Below are positions 10,605-21,289 of a DNA stretch of 61,344 nucleotides, in pieces. Location: NCBI GenBank assembly GCA_045133795.1, contig JBGUUT010000100.1, forward strand, positions 1 through 61,344. Direction: 5' to 3'. This stretch comes from Spirochaetota bacterium. GTDB lineage: Bacteria; Spirochaetota; GWE2-31-10. How positions within the stretch are numbered: position 1 is the first letter of the stretch; each line of letters begins with the position of its first letter. A program made the position numbers and the translations under genes. Below the pieces are notes generated by a model. It made no database searches and was not told where the DNA came from. It saw nothing but the letters and a program-made list of their open reading frames with translations.

Positions 10605-10706
10605 CTGAAGCAATTTTTTTACTAAAAGAGAATCTTACTGTGAATGAAAAACGTTCATGGTAAGATTTTTCTTTAATAGGGGAATGTTTAAAAAAAGGAG
10701 AAAAAG

Positions 10707-13160
10707 ATGTTCGAACAGATTGAGAAATATTTAATGGAAATTGAAAAACCGGGGCGTTATATCGGAAATGAAGCGGGGATTCCGGATAAGGATTTTAAAA
10801 ACAGTGAAGTTCGTATGGTTATTTCATATCCTGATGTTTATGAAGTCGGAATGTCTAATTACGGAATCAAGATTTTATATGATGTGATAAATAAATTGCC
10901 GTTTGCTTCATGTGAACGTGTTTTTTCTCCTTGGGAAGATTTTGAAGCTTTATTGAAAAAACTGGATTTGCCGTTATTTTCTTTGGAAACTAAAACGCCG
11001 TTGAATGAATTTGATGTTATTGGTGTCAGTATTCAATATGAACTTTTATTTTCTAATTTCTTAGCGTTGTTACATTCCGGAAAAGTTCCGTTGAAACGTG
11101 AGGAACGCGGTGAAAATGACCCGATTGTAATTATCGGCGGACCGGCATCGGTAAATCCGATTCCTTATAATCCTTTTATAGATTTGTCATGTGTGGGCGA
11201 AGGTGAAGAAGTTTTGGCAGAATTGGCAACAAAACTTAGAGAGCTGAAAAATAAAAAATATTCAAGACGAGAAATATTGCAAGAATTGTCTAAAATTGAC
11301 GGAATTTATTCTCCGGAATTTACAAAGGAACCAGTCAAACGCCAAGTGTATATGGATTTTGTAAATGATACCGGTCCGGATTCTGTTATTATTCCTAATA
11401 TTGATATAGTACAAAATAAATTGAATGTAGAAATAATGCGAGGCTGTCCGAATAAATGTCGTTTTTGCCAAGCCGGAGTTATTTATAAGCCGTATAGAGA
11501 AAAAAATACTTCTGTCATTATGAAAACAGTGGAGAAAGGTTTGAAATTATCCGGAGTTAATGAAGTGACTTTTACGAGTCTTTCAAGCGGAGATTATTCT
11601 CAAATCTTACCGTTAACTGCTTATTTTAACGAAAAATATAAATCTAAAAAGATTTCTGTTGCATTGCCTTCATTGAAGGTTGAGTCTTTTGATACAGAAA
11701 TTTTAGACCGACTTTCTGAAGTACGAAAAAGCGGATTAACATTTGCAATTGAGTCAGGAAGTCATGAAGGACAATTTTCATTAAATAAACGTGTAGATCT
11801 AGAAAAGATTTACCAAATTCTTGATGCTGCTATAGCTAAAGGCTGGCGATTGGTAAAATTTTATTTCATGATTGGACTTCCGGATGAAGGAAATGATGTA
11901 GAAAATATCAAAAAATTTGTGGATTCGGTTTTGGAGCGTTATAAAAAATTAAAAATTAATTTAAATGTGGCAACTTTTGTTCCTAAACCGCACACGCCTT
12001 ACCAAGATGTTCCGCAGTTACCTTATGAAGAAGCTGTTGTCAGAATTAAAGCATTGCGTGATTATTACAGAAAAACTCGTGTAATGGTAAAAGCTCATGA
12101 ACCGGAAATTTCTTATATCGAGGGGTTTATCAGTCGCGGAGATGAAAAAGTCGGTCTTGCGGTATATGAAGCATTTTTACGTGGAGCGAGATTTGACGGT
12201 TGGAATGAAAAGTTTAATTTTCAACGTTATCTTGACGTTTTTAATGAAGCCGGAATTAAAGCGGAAGATTATATGAACGGCGGAAGAAGTGAAACATGGA
12301 AAATGATAGATTGTTTGCCGTCAGATAAATTTTTGAAAAAAGAACGTGAACTTTCATTACAACATAAAGAATCTAAATTGTGTAATCAAGGTTGTGATGA
12401 AGATTGTAAAATTTGCGGTAACGGAATTTCTAAAAGAAAAGCTGCTGATGATTATGAAAAACAAGAAGATTTTGAGTCGGGACAGGAAATGGCAGGACGA
12501 TTCAGATATTTTCTTGAGTTTACTAAAAGCGGTTTGTCTCGCTTTTTATCTCATAAAGACTTAATGCGTCATTTTGAAACATTATTTCGTATCGGAGATG
12601 TAAGTTTATTGATGTCAGAAGGTTTTAACCCTCATCCTCGTTTCCAATTTTCAAGTGCATTGTCATTAGGAATTGAATCTAATTGTGAAATATTAGAATT
12701 TTTTACATCTAAAGAATATTCGATTGAAGAACTTGAAAAACGATTGAAAGTAGTTTCTAATTCACAATTGGTTAGAAGAAATCATGCTGATTTGAAAATT
12801 GTTCGTATTCGCAAATGTGAAGGAACAAAAAAAGTTTCTATATTTAATAATTTGGCAATGACTGAATATTTATTAACTTATAATATTGCTTACAAAGAGC
12901 AAATAGATAAACATATAAAGATATTTGAACAGGAAAAGGAAAAAATATTTGTCGATGAACGCGGCGAGTATGATTTAAAAACTTTTATTTCTTTAGAAAG
13001 TACTGATAACGGAGTGAAAGTTTTTGTAAAACAATTGAATGCATCGCCTAAAATCAAAGTTTTGGTAGAACAAATATTTCCGGATGTTGAATTTTTATCT
13101 GTTATCAAAGAGCGAATGTTTAAAGATTTGCAAAAAAATGAATTATTTTATTTGGATTAA
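10707..13160 (+). CDS. TIGR03960-type radical SAM protein fused to a TIGR03936/DUF2344-like domain
   Basis: EKPGRYIGNE, YPDVYEVGMS, RGCPNKCRFC (CxxxCxxC); C-terminal RFLSHKD..R and SEGFNPHPRF. Confidence 0.9.
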   Translation: MFEQIEKYLMEIEKPGRYIGNEAGIPDKDFKNSEVRMVISYPDVYEVGMSNYGIKILYDVINKLPFASCERVFSPWEDFEALLKKLDLPLFSLETKTPLNEFDVIGVSIQYELLFSNFLALLHSGKVPLKREERGENDPIVIIGGPASVNPIPYNPFIDLSCVGEGEEVLAELATKLRELKNKKYSRREILQELSKIDGIYSPEFTKEPVKRQVYMDFVNDTGPDSVIIPNIDIVQNKLNVEIMRGCPNKCRFCQAGVIYKPYREKNTSVIMKTVEKGLKLSGVNEVTFTSLSSGDYSQILPLTAYFNEKYKSKKISVALPSLKVESFDTEILDRLSEVRKSGLTFAIESGSHEGQFSLNKRVDLEKIYQILDAAIAKGWRLVKFYFMIGLPDEGNDVENIKKFVDSVLERYKKLKINLNVATFVPKPHTPYQDVPQLPYEEAVVRIKALRDYYRKTRVMVKAHEPEISYIEGFISRGDEKVGLAVYEAFLRGARFDGWNEKFNFQRYLDVFNEAGIKAEDYMNGGRSETWKMIDCLPSDKFLKKERELSLQHKESKLCNQGCDEDCKICGNGISKRKAADDYEKQEDFESGQEMAGRFRYFLEFTKSGLSRFLSHKDLMRHFETLFRIGDVSLLMSEGFNPHPRFQFSSALSLGIESNCEILEFFTSKEYSIEELEKRLKVVSNSQLVRRNHADLKIVRIRKCEGTKKVSIFNNLAMTEYLLTYNIAYKEQIDKHIKIFEQEKEKIFVDERGEYDLKTFISLESTDNGVKVFVKQLNASPKIKVLVEQIFPDVEFLSVIKERMFKDLQKNELFYLD

Positions 13161-13175
13161 TAGTAAGGATTAAAA

Positions 13176-14270
13176 ATGAGTACACAATGGAATGTAACTT
13201 TTCAATTTATCTCACAAGCATCTGCGAAAGAAATGCAAGAAATTCTTGAAACGTTTTTTTCGGCTGATATTCCGCCGTCTGCACAGATGTTGGAGCAAAT
13301 TGTAGGAAAAGTTAATGAAGTTCTAGTGCATGAAGATAACGAAATAAGACCGTTGGCAAAAAATAAAAAACCGGGCGGATTAGTCGATTTGTCGGGAGCT
13401 CGTTATGTAGTAATATTACCGGATCTTCATGCAAGACGTGAATTTTTGCAGTCTGTACTTATGTGGAAACCTTTTGATAATCGTAATGTTTTAGAATTAA
13501 TGGATAGTGAAAATTTTGTTCTTCTTTGTCTCGGAGATGGTGTGCATAGTGAAGTATCTACGGTTGACCGATGGAAGAAAGCTGAAGAAGAGTATTTTGG
13601 GCATTATAAAAAACATGAAGCAATAGATAGAGAGGTAACAGAATCTTTTCATTTAATGCTGGCTGTAATGCTTCTCAAGATTCGATATCCGCAAAAGTTT
13701 CATTTTCTAAAAGGAAATCATGAAAATATTTTGAATGAATTTGGTAACGGAAATTACCCGTTTGCAAAATATGCAAATGAGGGGGCGATGATTTATGAAT
13801 ATTTTCAAAGTAATTACGGAAAGAAAGTTTTAGAAAAATATGCAATGTTTGAAAAATTACTTCCGATTTTTGCTGTCGGAAAAAACTTTATAGCCAGTCA
13901 TTCTGAGCCGGCGTGTAGATATTCTCGTGATGAAATTATAAATTATCACAATGACGGAATGTTGATTGATGCATTTACATGGACAGAAAATTTTAAAGCA
14001 GATGAAGGGACTGCGGAATGGTATTTGGATGAGTTTTTAAATAGAAAGTCTCCTGGTGATTATTATTTTGGTGGTCATCGTCCTATTCGCGGACTTTATA
14101 ACAGAATTAACAACGATCGTTATGTCCAAATTCATAATCCGTTAATGCGAATTGCTTTTTTTGAAGATATCGAAAAATATCAGCAGATAAATTTAGATGA
14201 ATGCATTTGTGAAGTTCCGCTTTTTTCAGAGGAAAACTCGCCGGATAAAACTTTGTGTTTTGATATTTAA
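13176..14270 (+). CDS. Calcineurin-like metallophosphoesterase
   Basis: PDLHA, LGDGVH, KGNHE, ASH, GGH metal-binding motifs. Confidence 0.85.
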   Translation: MSTQWNVTFQFISQASAKEMQEILETFFSADIPPSAQMLEQIVGKVNEVLVHEDNEIRPLAKNKKPGGLVDLSGARYVVILPDLHARREFLQSVLMWKPFDNRNVLELMDSENFVLLCLGDGVHSEVSTVDRWKKAEEEYFGHYKKHEAIDREVTESFHLMLAVMLLKIRYPQKFHFLKGNHENILNEFGNGNYPFAKYANEGAMIYEYFQSNYGKKVLEKYAMFEKLLPIFAVGKNFIASHSEPACRYSRDEIINYHNDGMLIDAFTWTENFKADEGTAEWYLDEFLNRKSPGDYYFGGHRPIRGLYNRINNDRYVQIHNPLMRIAFFEDIEKYQQINLDECICEVPLFSEENSPDKTLCFDI

Positions 14271-14290
14271 TAAAGTAAGAGGCTTGATTT

Positions 14291-16228
14291 ATGGGAACAG
14301 AAATAAAAGGTTATTCAATTCTTGGGAAAATAGCAAAAGGCGGAATGGGGGAAGTTTACAAGGGAATTCATTTGGGGTTAGGAAAAGAAGTTATTCTAAA
14401 AAAGCTTTCTCCTAATGCTCCTGCCGGTTTTTATGAACGTTTTAAGCGTGAAGCTTCTATAATGATGGACATTTCTCATCCTAATATTGTTCACATGTAT
14501 GATTATTTTCAAGACGGTGGTTCTTCGTATATTGTAATGGAATATATTGACGGATATAGTCTGTCAGAGTTAATTCATAGATATAAACAGGTTCCCGTAT
14601 ATCTTGCAGCATATATAATTTTAAAAATTGCAGAAGGTTTAAAGTATGCACATAGTGAAGGAATAATTCATCGTGATATAAAACCAGGAAATGTTTTGCT
14701 TTCAGCAAAAGGGGAGATAAAATTAACAGATTTCGGTATTGCATTTCGTCCGGAAAGCCACGAATCTGAAAATGTAACAAAGCAAGGAACTATTTTAGGA
14801 ACTCCGGCATATATGTCGCCGGAACAAATTAAATCATCTAAAGATGCCGATTGTTGTTCTGATCTTTATTCGCTTGGTGTTTTATTTTATGAAATGCTTA
14901 CAGCTAAACGCCCTTTTTCAAATGAATTTACTAATGAGAATATAAAAAAAATAATGAAGGGAAAATATGCGAGAATTCGCAAGTATAATAAAGCTGTTCC
15001 GTTAAAACTAATTTCCATTATTCGTAAGATGATGCATCATGATTCTCGTAAGCGTTACAAGACTGCTGATGAAATTATTAATATTCTTACAAAGTTTATT
15101 TCATTTCGTTTTAAGGATTTTAATGTAATAAGAAAGGATTTGGCATTAATTGTAAACGGAGATGACAGTGAAGTGAAATTTGCAGAAGATGGTATAGGGG
15201 TGACCAGTGGGCTTTTTGAACGCTTGGCACAATATCGTTATCCGGATTTATTTATTGCTTTTGAAATTGTTAAGATTAGTTTGATTGCGTTTTTTATATG
15301 TTTATTTTTGTTCTTTTCTATAAAGACATATTTTCCGACTCTTTTTTTATCTTGTATGAATTTGGAAGGTAAATATGGAGTTGCAAATATCAAAGTAGAA
15401 AACAGAAGAAATTATGATAATAAGATTTTAAACTCTGGAAAAATTGAAATTTCGCTTAAGAATCTTCATAACGGAAAGATTAACAATTATATTTTACAAG
15501 GAAAAAAGAAAACTTTAAATAAAAAAAGGATAATTCTTCGTGTCGGTGAATATCATGTAAGAATGAGAAATTATGATAATTTAACGGAAGTCGGTTTTGT
15601 TGTAAAACCTTTTGAAGTTCTTGAAAAAAATGAGATTCAATTAAGATTACCGGCTTTTATTTCTAAGCCGATAAATTTTAATATTTTAGTTCGTGATGAG
15701 AATACGGGAAAAGAAATTACGTCAGAATCCGATATCAGTTTTAGAGAAGGAAATGGAGAATGGCAAAAATATTCAGAAAATGTGACTTTGTTTAATGGGA
15801 AAAAGTATGAATTTAAAGCTAATGCAGAAGGTTACTTATCTTCTTTTCCTTATGAAGTGGATTTTTCTTATTGGATGTACGATTCGAGTTTAGAAATAAG
15901 ACTTTCAAAAGTTAAAACAGTAGTTTATTTTCAAGTACCGCCGGTTACATTGGATGTAAAAATTAACGGAGAAAAATATTGGAATACAAAATTCGGCGAA
16001 CAGGAAGTAGAAAAAGTGTTTCTTCCTAAAAAAGGTGAAGGTAAAAAGATTTATTGTTATCCGGGAAATTATCTTTTGGTTTTTAGTAATAAAAAAGAAG
16101 GTATTTTGATTGAAAAAAATATTTTAGTTCCTCAAGCAGATAAAGAAGTGCATGTTTCTTTTGAAAAAGACGGCGGGGACGAGCTTTGTGCTGTATTAAA
16201 AATAAATAATTTTCAAAAAAAAGATTGA
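14291..16228 (+). CDS. Membrane-anchored Hanks-type Ser/Thr protein kinase
   Basis: KGGMGEVY, HRDIKPGN, DFG, GTPAYMSPE, then a TM segment and a beta-rich C-terminal region. Confidence 0.93.
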   Translation: MGTEIKGYSILGKIAKGGMGEVYKGIHLGLGKEVILKKLSPNAPAGFYERFKREASIMMDISHPNIVHMYDYFQDGGSSYIVMEYIDGYSLSELIHRYKQVPVYLAAYIILKIAEGLKYAHSEGIIHRDIKPGNVLLSAKGEIKLTDFGIAFRPESHESENVTKQGTILGTPAYMSPEQIKSSKDADCCSDLYSLGVLFYEMLTAKRPFSNEFTNENIKKIMKGKYARIRKYNKAVPLKLISIIRKMMHHDSRKRYKTADEIINILTKFISFRFKDFNVIRKDLALIVNGDDSEVKFAEDGIGVTSGLFERLAQYRYPDLFIAFEIVKISLIAFFICLFLFFSIKTYFPTLFLSCMNLEGKYGVANIKVENRRNYDNKILNSGKIEISLKNLHNGKINNYILQGKKKTLNKKRIILRVGEYHVRMRNYDNLTEVGFVVKPFEVLEKNEIQLRLPAFISKPINFNILVRDENTGKEITSESDISFREGNGEWQKYSENVTLFNGKKYEFKANAEGYLSSFPYEVDFSYWMYDSSLEIRLSKVKTVVYFQVPPVTLDVKINGEKYWNTKFGEQEVEKVFLPKKGEGKKIYCYPGNYLLVFSNKKEGILIEKNILVPQADKEVHVSFEKDGGDELCAVLKINNFQKKD

Positions 16229-16253
16229 CAATATAAAAAGCTTCTGATATAAA
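16225..16253 (+). promoter_or_regulatory. sigma70-type promoter of tRNA-Gly
   Basis: TTGACA-17 nt-TATAAA with an extended TG motif. Confidence 0.8.
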
Positions 16254-16264
16254 GATCACATCTT

Positions 16265-16335
16265 GCGGGTGTAGTTCAATGGTAGAACACTAGCCTTCCA
16301 AGCTTGTTACGTCAGTTCGATTCTGATCACCCGCT
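16265..16335 (+). tRNA. tRNA-Gly (TCC)
   Basis: Acceptor stem GCGGGTG/CACCCGC, D-arm GTTC/GAAC, anticodon loop CTTCCAA, T-loop TTCGATT; CCA not encoded. Confidence 0.95.
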
Positions 16336-16337
16336 GT

Positions 16338-16366
16338 AAGCCACATATTAGTATGTGGCTTTTTTT
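16338..16366 (+). terminator. Intrinsic terminator after tRNA-Gly
   Basis: AAGCCACATA-TTAG-TATGTGGCTT plus T-run. Confidence 0.9.
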
Positions 16367-16540
16367 GTACAAAAATCCATTGTCTTTTTTAGAAAAAATA
16401 GAAATAAAATAATGAGGTCGTTATTCGGAAATCTTTTTATTCGAAAATAATAAAAAAAGTTGACGGTGTTATTTATATTTATTATTTTCCTCTACAATAA
16501 TTGGAAAAAATAAAATGTAAGCTTTTAAAAGGGGTTTTAT

Positions 16541-17152
16541 ATGAGTGAAAAAGAAGCTGATTTGGCAGCAGAAGAAAAAATAGAAGAAAATGTTGCTGAA
16601 ACTGCTGAAGTTAATTGGGAAGAAGCTTCAAAAGAAGAACTTTTAGAAGAATTAGTAAAACTTAAAAATGCAGAATCAGAAAACGAAAGTTTAAAAAAAG
16701 AATTATCAGAAAAAAAAATAGATGCAGAAAAAAACTTTGATCTTTATAAAAGAGCATTAGCTGATGTTGAAAATATCAGAAAAAGAAGTGCAAATGAAAA
16801 ACAAGAAGTTTTGAAATTTGGTAATTTTAATATTGTGTCTGATTTGTTGGTAATTTTGGATGATTTTGACAGAGCGTTAATGTCAGGAAAACAAGAAAAT
16901 ACTGCGAAAGAATCAATTATAGAAGGTGTTGAAATGATTCAAAAGCAGTTTGAAGATTTATTGTTTAAGAAGTATGGTGTAGAAAAGTTTGGTACAGCAG
17001 GAGAAGAATTTAATCCAGAACGTCATCAAGCAGTAATGATGGAAGTCGGAGATTATAAAGAAGAGACTGTCGCTGAAGTTTTCAGAAATGGGTATGCTTT
17101 ACATGAAAGGGTTATCAGACCGGCTCAGGTAAAAGTAGGAAAGCCTGAATAA
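16541..17152 (+). CDS. grpE: Nucleotide exchange factor GrpE
   Basis: ADVENIRKR, FNPERHQAV, GYALHERVIRPAQVKV; upstream of dnaK. Confidence 0.96.
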   Translation: MSEKEADLAAEEKIEENVAETAEVNWEEASKEELLEELVKLKNAESENESLKKELSEKKIDAEKNFDLYKRALADVENIRKRSANEKQEVLKFGNFNIVSDLLVILDDFDRALMSGKQENTAKESIIEGVEMIQKQFEDLLFKKYGVEKFGTAGEEFNPERHQAVMMEVGDYKEETVAEVFRNGYALHERVIRPAQVKVGKPE

Positions 17153-17191
17153 AATTGTAAAAAATCATATTAATATATAAGGAGAAACAAG

Positions 17192-19105
17192 ATGAGTAAA
17201 ATTATAGGTATTGACCTTGGAACAACAAATTCATGTGTAGCGGTAATGGATGGTTCGGAAGCTACCGTTATTGTAAATTCAGAAGGACAAAGAACTACTC
17301 CTTCTATAGTTGCGTATACAGCAAAAGGTGAGCGTTTAGTAGGACAATCTGCTAAAAATCAGATGGTAACAAATCCTAAAAATACTATTTTTTCTGTAAA
17401 AAGATTTATGGGACGAAGATTTAATGAAGTTGGTGATGAAAACCAATTATTGCCTTATCAAGTTGTTGCCGGTTCAAATGGAGATGTAAGAGTAAAAGTG
17501 GATGATAAAGAATTTTCTCCACCAGAAATAAGTGCTGCAATTCTTCAGAAGATGAAAGCAACGGCAGAAGAATTTCTTGGAGAAAAAATTACAGAAGCAG
17601 TTATTACTGTTCCTGCATATTTTAATGATGCTCAAAGACAAGCAACAAAAGATGCCGGAAGAATCGCAGGATTGGAAGTAAAAAGAATTATTAATGAACC
17701 AACAGCAGCTTCTTTGGCTTTTGGTATGGATAAAAAGAAAGAAGGTAAAATCGCTGTATATGACCTTGGTGGTGGTACATTTGATATTTCTATTCTTGAA
17801 ATCGGTGACGGTGTATTTGAAGTAAAATCTACTAATGGAGACACTCACTTAGGTGGAGATAATTTTGACCATGTATTGATTGAATGGATGATTTCTGAAT
17901 TTAAATCTCAATCAGGAATTGATTTGTCTTCAGATACAATGGCATTGCAACGTTTGAAAGAAGCTGCTGAAAAAGCTAAAATTGAATTGTCTAATAAACA
18001 AAATGCAGATATCAATTTGCCGTTTATTACTGCAGACAGTACTGGTCCTAAACATTTAGTATTAAACATAACACGTGCTAAATTTGAACAATTAATCGGT
18101 GATTTGGTTAGAAAAACAGAAGGTCCTTGTCAGACAGCTTTGAATGATGCGGGATTGAGTGCCAGTGAAATTGATGAAGTAATTCTTGTTGGTGGTTCAA
18201 CTAGAATTCCTATGGTTCAAGAATTGGTTAGAAAAGTTTTTGGAAAAGAGCCTTCAAAAGGTGTAAATCCGGATGAAGCAGTTGCTGTAGGTGCAGCAGT
18301 TCAAGGTGGAATTCTTTCTGGAAATGTAAAAGATATTCTATTGCTTGATGTAACTCCGTTGTCTTTGGGTATTGAAACATTAGGTGGAGTAATGACTGTT
18401 TTGATTCCTAAAAATACAACAATTCCAAAAACAGAAAAACAAGTTTTCTCAACTGCTGCAGACAGTCAAACTGCAGTATCTATTCACGTTCTTCAAGGTG
18501 AAAGAAAAATGGCAGGACAAAATCGTTCTATCGGAAAATTTGACCTTGTTGGTATTCCTCCTGCTCCACGTGGAGTTCCTCAAATTGAAGTAACTTTTGA
18601 CATTGATGCTAATGGTATTCTTCATGTAAGTGCTAAAGATTTGGGTACTGGTAAAGAGCAGAAAATCAGAATTGAAGCATCTTCTGGATTGAGTGAAGAC
18701 GAAATCAAAAAAATGGTTCAGGATGCGGAACTTCATGCGGCTGAAGATGAAAAACAAAAAGAAACTATTGAAGCCAGAAATTTAGCGGATTCAATGATTT
18801 ATCAAACAGAAAAATCATTAACTGAATTTGGTGATAAAATTGGTGAAGATGATAAAAATGCAATAAATTCAGCAATTGCAGAATTGAAAAAAGTTTTAGA
18901 GGATTCTAATTCTGATGCAGCTGTAATTAAAGCTAAAACAGAAGAACTTCAAAAAGCATCTTACAAATTGGCTGAAGAAATGTATAAAAATACAGCTCAA
19001 AATCAAGGTGCTGCAGGTGAAGCGAATGCGGAAGCTAACAATACCACAAATCATAATACAACTGCAGAAGATGCAGATTATGAAGTTGTAGATGATGACA
19101 AATAA
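17192..19105 (+). CDS. dnaK: Chaperone DnaK
   Basis: [35 protein letters not shown]. Confidence 0.99.
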   Translation: MSKIIGIDLGTTNSCVAVMDGSEATVIVNSEGQRTTPSIVAYTAKGERLVGQSAKNQMVTNPKNTIFSVKRFMGRRFNEVGDENQLLPYQVVAGSNGDVRVKVDDKEFSPPEISAAILQKMKATAEEFLGEKITEAVITVPAYFNDAQRQATKDAGRIAGLEVKRIINEPTAASLAFGMDKKKEGKIAVYDLGGGTFDISILEIGDGVFEVKSTNGDTHLGGDNFDHVLIEWMISEFKSQSGIDLSSDTMALQRLKEAAEKAKIELSNKQNADINLPFITADSTGPKHLVLNITRAKFEQLIGDLVRKTEGPCQTALNDAGLSASEIDEVILVGGSTRIPMVQELVRKVFGKEPSKGVNPDEAVAVGAAVQGGILSGNVKDILLLDVTPLSLGIETLGGVMTVLIPKNTTIPKTEKQVFSTAADSQTAVSIHVLQGERKMAGQNRSIGKFDLVGIPPAPRGVPQIEVTFDIDANGILHVSAKDLGTGKEQKIRIEASSGLSEDEIKKMVQDAELHAAEDEKQKETIEARNLADSMIYQTEKSLTEFGDKIGEDDKNAINSAIAELKKVLEDSNSDAAVIKAKTEELQKASYKLAEEMYKNTAQNQGAAGEANAEANNTTNHNTTAEDADYEVVDDDK

Positions 19106-19227
19106 ATAATTTGTTTTTTTAAGAAAAAGATTTTATCATTTATTGAAATATCGGAGTTTTTTAGTCTTAGACTAATTTAAGCAATAGTGCTTACTCCGAT
19201 ATTTCCATTAGAAGAGAGAGAATAAAT

Positions 19228-20349
19228 ATGGCAAAAAGAGATTGTTATGAGATACTCGGTATTTCAAAAACCGCAAGTGCTGATGAAATAAAAAAAGCAT
19301 ATCGTAAATTGGCAATGCAATATCATCCGGACAGAAATCCGGGAGATAAAGTTGCCGAAGAAAAATTTAAAGAAGCATCTGATGCTTATGCAATTCTTTC
19401 TGATGAAAATAAAAGAAAAATGTATGATCAATACGGATATCGCGGAGTTGAAGAAGGCGGCGGAGGAAGTGGTTTCGGCGGTGGTTTTGAGGATATTTTC
19501 GGCGGTGGTTTCAGCGGCGGTTTTGAAGATTTGTTTGGTTCGTTTTTTGGAGGAGGAAGTCGTAGAACTTCTCAATCTCAACGTGGAAATGACCTTCTTT
19601 ATACAATGGAAATAACATTAGAAGATGCTGTTTTGGGAAAGACAACAGAAATTTCTTTTGAAAAAGATTGTAAATGTGAAAAATGTCATGGTTCCGGTTC
19701 TCGAAGCGGAAAAGGGAAAAAAACTTGTCCGACATGTCACGGTGCAGGTCAAGTAAGAAGAACGCAAGGGTTCTTTTCTATGGCAACTAATTGTCCGACT
19801 TGTTATGGTTCCGGAAGTGTAATTGAGGATCCATGTAGTGGATGTCGCGGTACAGGTATTGGTAAGAAAAAAATTAGTAAGACAATAAAAGTTCCTGCGG
19901 GTATTGACAGTGGGAAAAAAATGATACTGCGTGGGGAGGGGGATGAAGGTCCTAACGGAGGTAGTGCCGGGGATTTAATTCTGAAATTTATAGTTAAACC
20001 GCATCAGTATTATCAAAGATCGGGAAATGATTTGAAATTGTTTATTCCGATAACTTATATGCAGGCTGTTCTCGGAGATGATATAAATATAAAATTATTA
20101 AATGAAAAGAATATTAAAGTAAAAATTCCAGAAAATTGTGAAAATGGAAAAATTTTACGAATAAGAAATGAAGGTGTGGAAATTTTAGGTTCGGCCGGAC
20201 GAAAAGGGGATTTATACTTACAGTTTATCATTGATGTTCCTGCAAAATCCTCTAAGGAAGAAAAGGCTTTGTTGGAAAAGTTACGAGAGCTTCGCGGAGA
20301 AAATAAGCAGCCTCAACCTAAAAAATTATCAGAAATTCCTTTTGATTGA
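19228..20349 (+). CDS. dnaJ: Chaperone DnaJ
   Basis: J-domain HPD, G/F-rich region, four CxxCxGxG repeats. Confidence 0.98.
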   Translation: MAKRDCYEILGISKTASADEIKKAYRKLAMQYHPDRNPGDKVAEEKFKEASDAYAILSDENKRKMYDQYGYRGVEEGGGGSGFGGGFEDIFGGGFSGGFEDLFGSFFGGGSRRTSQSQRGNDLLYTMEITLEDAVLGKTTEISFEKDCKCEKCHGSGSRSGKGKKTCPTCHGAGQVRRTQGFFSMATNCPTCYGSGSVIEDPCSGCRGTGIGKKKISKTIKVPAGIDSGKKMILRGEGDEGPNGGSAGDLILKFIVKPHQYYQRSGNDLKLFIPITYMQAVLGDDINIKLLNEKNIKVKIPENCENGKILRIRNEGVEILGSAGRKGDLYLQFIIDVPAKSSKEEKALLEKLRELRGENKQPQPKKLSEIPFD

Positions 20350-20448
20350 TTTTATTAAATGTAATTTTTTTTTCTTTAAAAAAAAGATTGAATTTTTAAT
20401 GCAGTTATTTATAATAAAGAAAAAAATATAACGGTTCAGGAGGAGCTT

Positions 20449-21147
20449 GTGTCTAAGTCTAAAAGAAAAAATTATTTAATCGATAAACCGTTCCAATTGG
20501 GTTTTATTTTTAAATACCTTTCTGTTATTTTGGTAACAGTAATGTTTTGTTTCGGTTTAACTGCACTTTATTATTATTATGATAATCTTTTTGGTGATAA
20601 TAAAGTAAATGAGTCTGTTACTATTAAATATCATGCACCTTTGCATATTGAAATTTCAGAGAATGATAAAGGTAAATTTAAAATATCAGATAAAGTAGGT
20701 TTTCCTATTTATAATTTGAATATTAAAGAGTTAACTGTTTATAAAGATAAAGACGGAACTTATAAAAATTTGAATAGAGATTTATTAAGATATAATCCTT
20801 CTATTTACAGAAATACAGCATATGAATCAGATGCTGTTATTGAGTTAACAAATGAAGATGTTAAGTTGTTGGAAGTAGTTAGAGGACCGTTTGAAAAACA
20901 AACTCAAAGATTTTTTATTATAGTACCACCATTGTTAGTTACTTGTTTAATTTTAATGGTTATTATTGCAGTTTATTCTTTGTTCTTCTCTCATAAAATG
21001 GCAGGACCTGTATACAGAATGAGAATATCTTTAGATAGAATGCTTACAGGCGATTATGATTTCAAAATTCGTGTAAGAAAAAATGACTTTTTCAGAAATA
21101 TTGTAGAGAAAATCGAATTGTTGAGAATGAAACAAAAAGGCGAATAA
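20449..21147 (+). CDS. Two-TM membrane protein with a C-terminal HAMP-like domain
   Basis: KRKNYLIDKPFQ N-terminus, two TM helices, SHKMAGPVYR...IRVRKND tail; GTG start after AGGAG. Confidence 0.7.
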   Translation: MSKSKRKNYLIDKPFQLGFIFKYLSVILVTVMFCFGLTALYYYYDNLFGDNKVNESVTIKYHAPLHIEISENDKGKFKISDKVGFPIYNLNIKELTVYKDKDGTYKNLNRDLLRYNPSIYRNTAYESDAVIELTNEDVKLLEVVRGPFEKQTQRFFIIVPPLLVTCLILMVIIAVYSLFFSHKMAGPVYRMRISLDRMLTGDYDFKIRVRKNDFFRNIVEKIELLRMKQKGE

Positions 21148-21168
21148 ATAGTTTTTTTTTAAGTATGC

Positions 21169-21198
21169 AAAGCATCGGATTTTATCCGGTGCTTTTTT
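21169..21198 (+). terminator. Intrinsic terminator
   Basis: AAAGCATCGGAT-TTT-ATCCGGTGCTTT plus T-run. Confidence 0.85.
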
Positions 21199-21220
21199 AA
21201 TTTTAGAAAAGGGTTATAAA

Positions 21221-21249
21221 TTGACATGTTAGAACTCTTTTGATATAAA
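21221..21249 (+). promoter_or_regulatory. sigma70-type promoter upstream of the yebC-family gene
   Basis: TTGACA-17 nt-TATAAA with an extended TG motif. Confidence 0.75.
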
Positions 21250-21289
21250 ATTACATGATTTTATTAAAAAGAAATAAAAGGAGTTAAAA

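Noticed and set aside
16380-16540. CIRCE operator upstream of grpE-dnaK-dnaJ
   Set aside because: No TTAGCACTC-N9-GAGTGCTAA found, and no hrcA in the window.
17474-19735. Antisense and alternative-frame ORFs over dnaK and dnaJ (and similar ORFs over other genes)
   Set aside because: Shadow ORFs of conserved genes with no independent coding signals.
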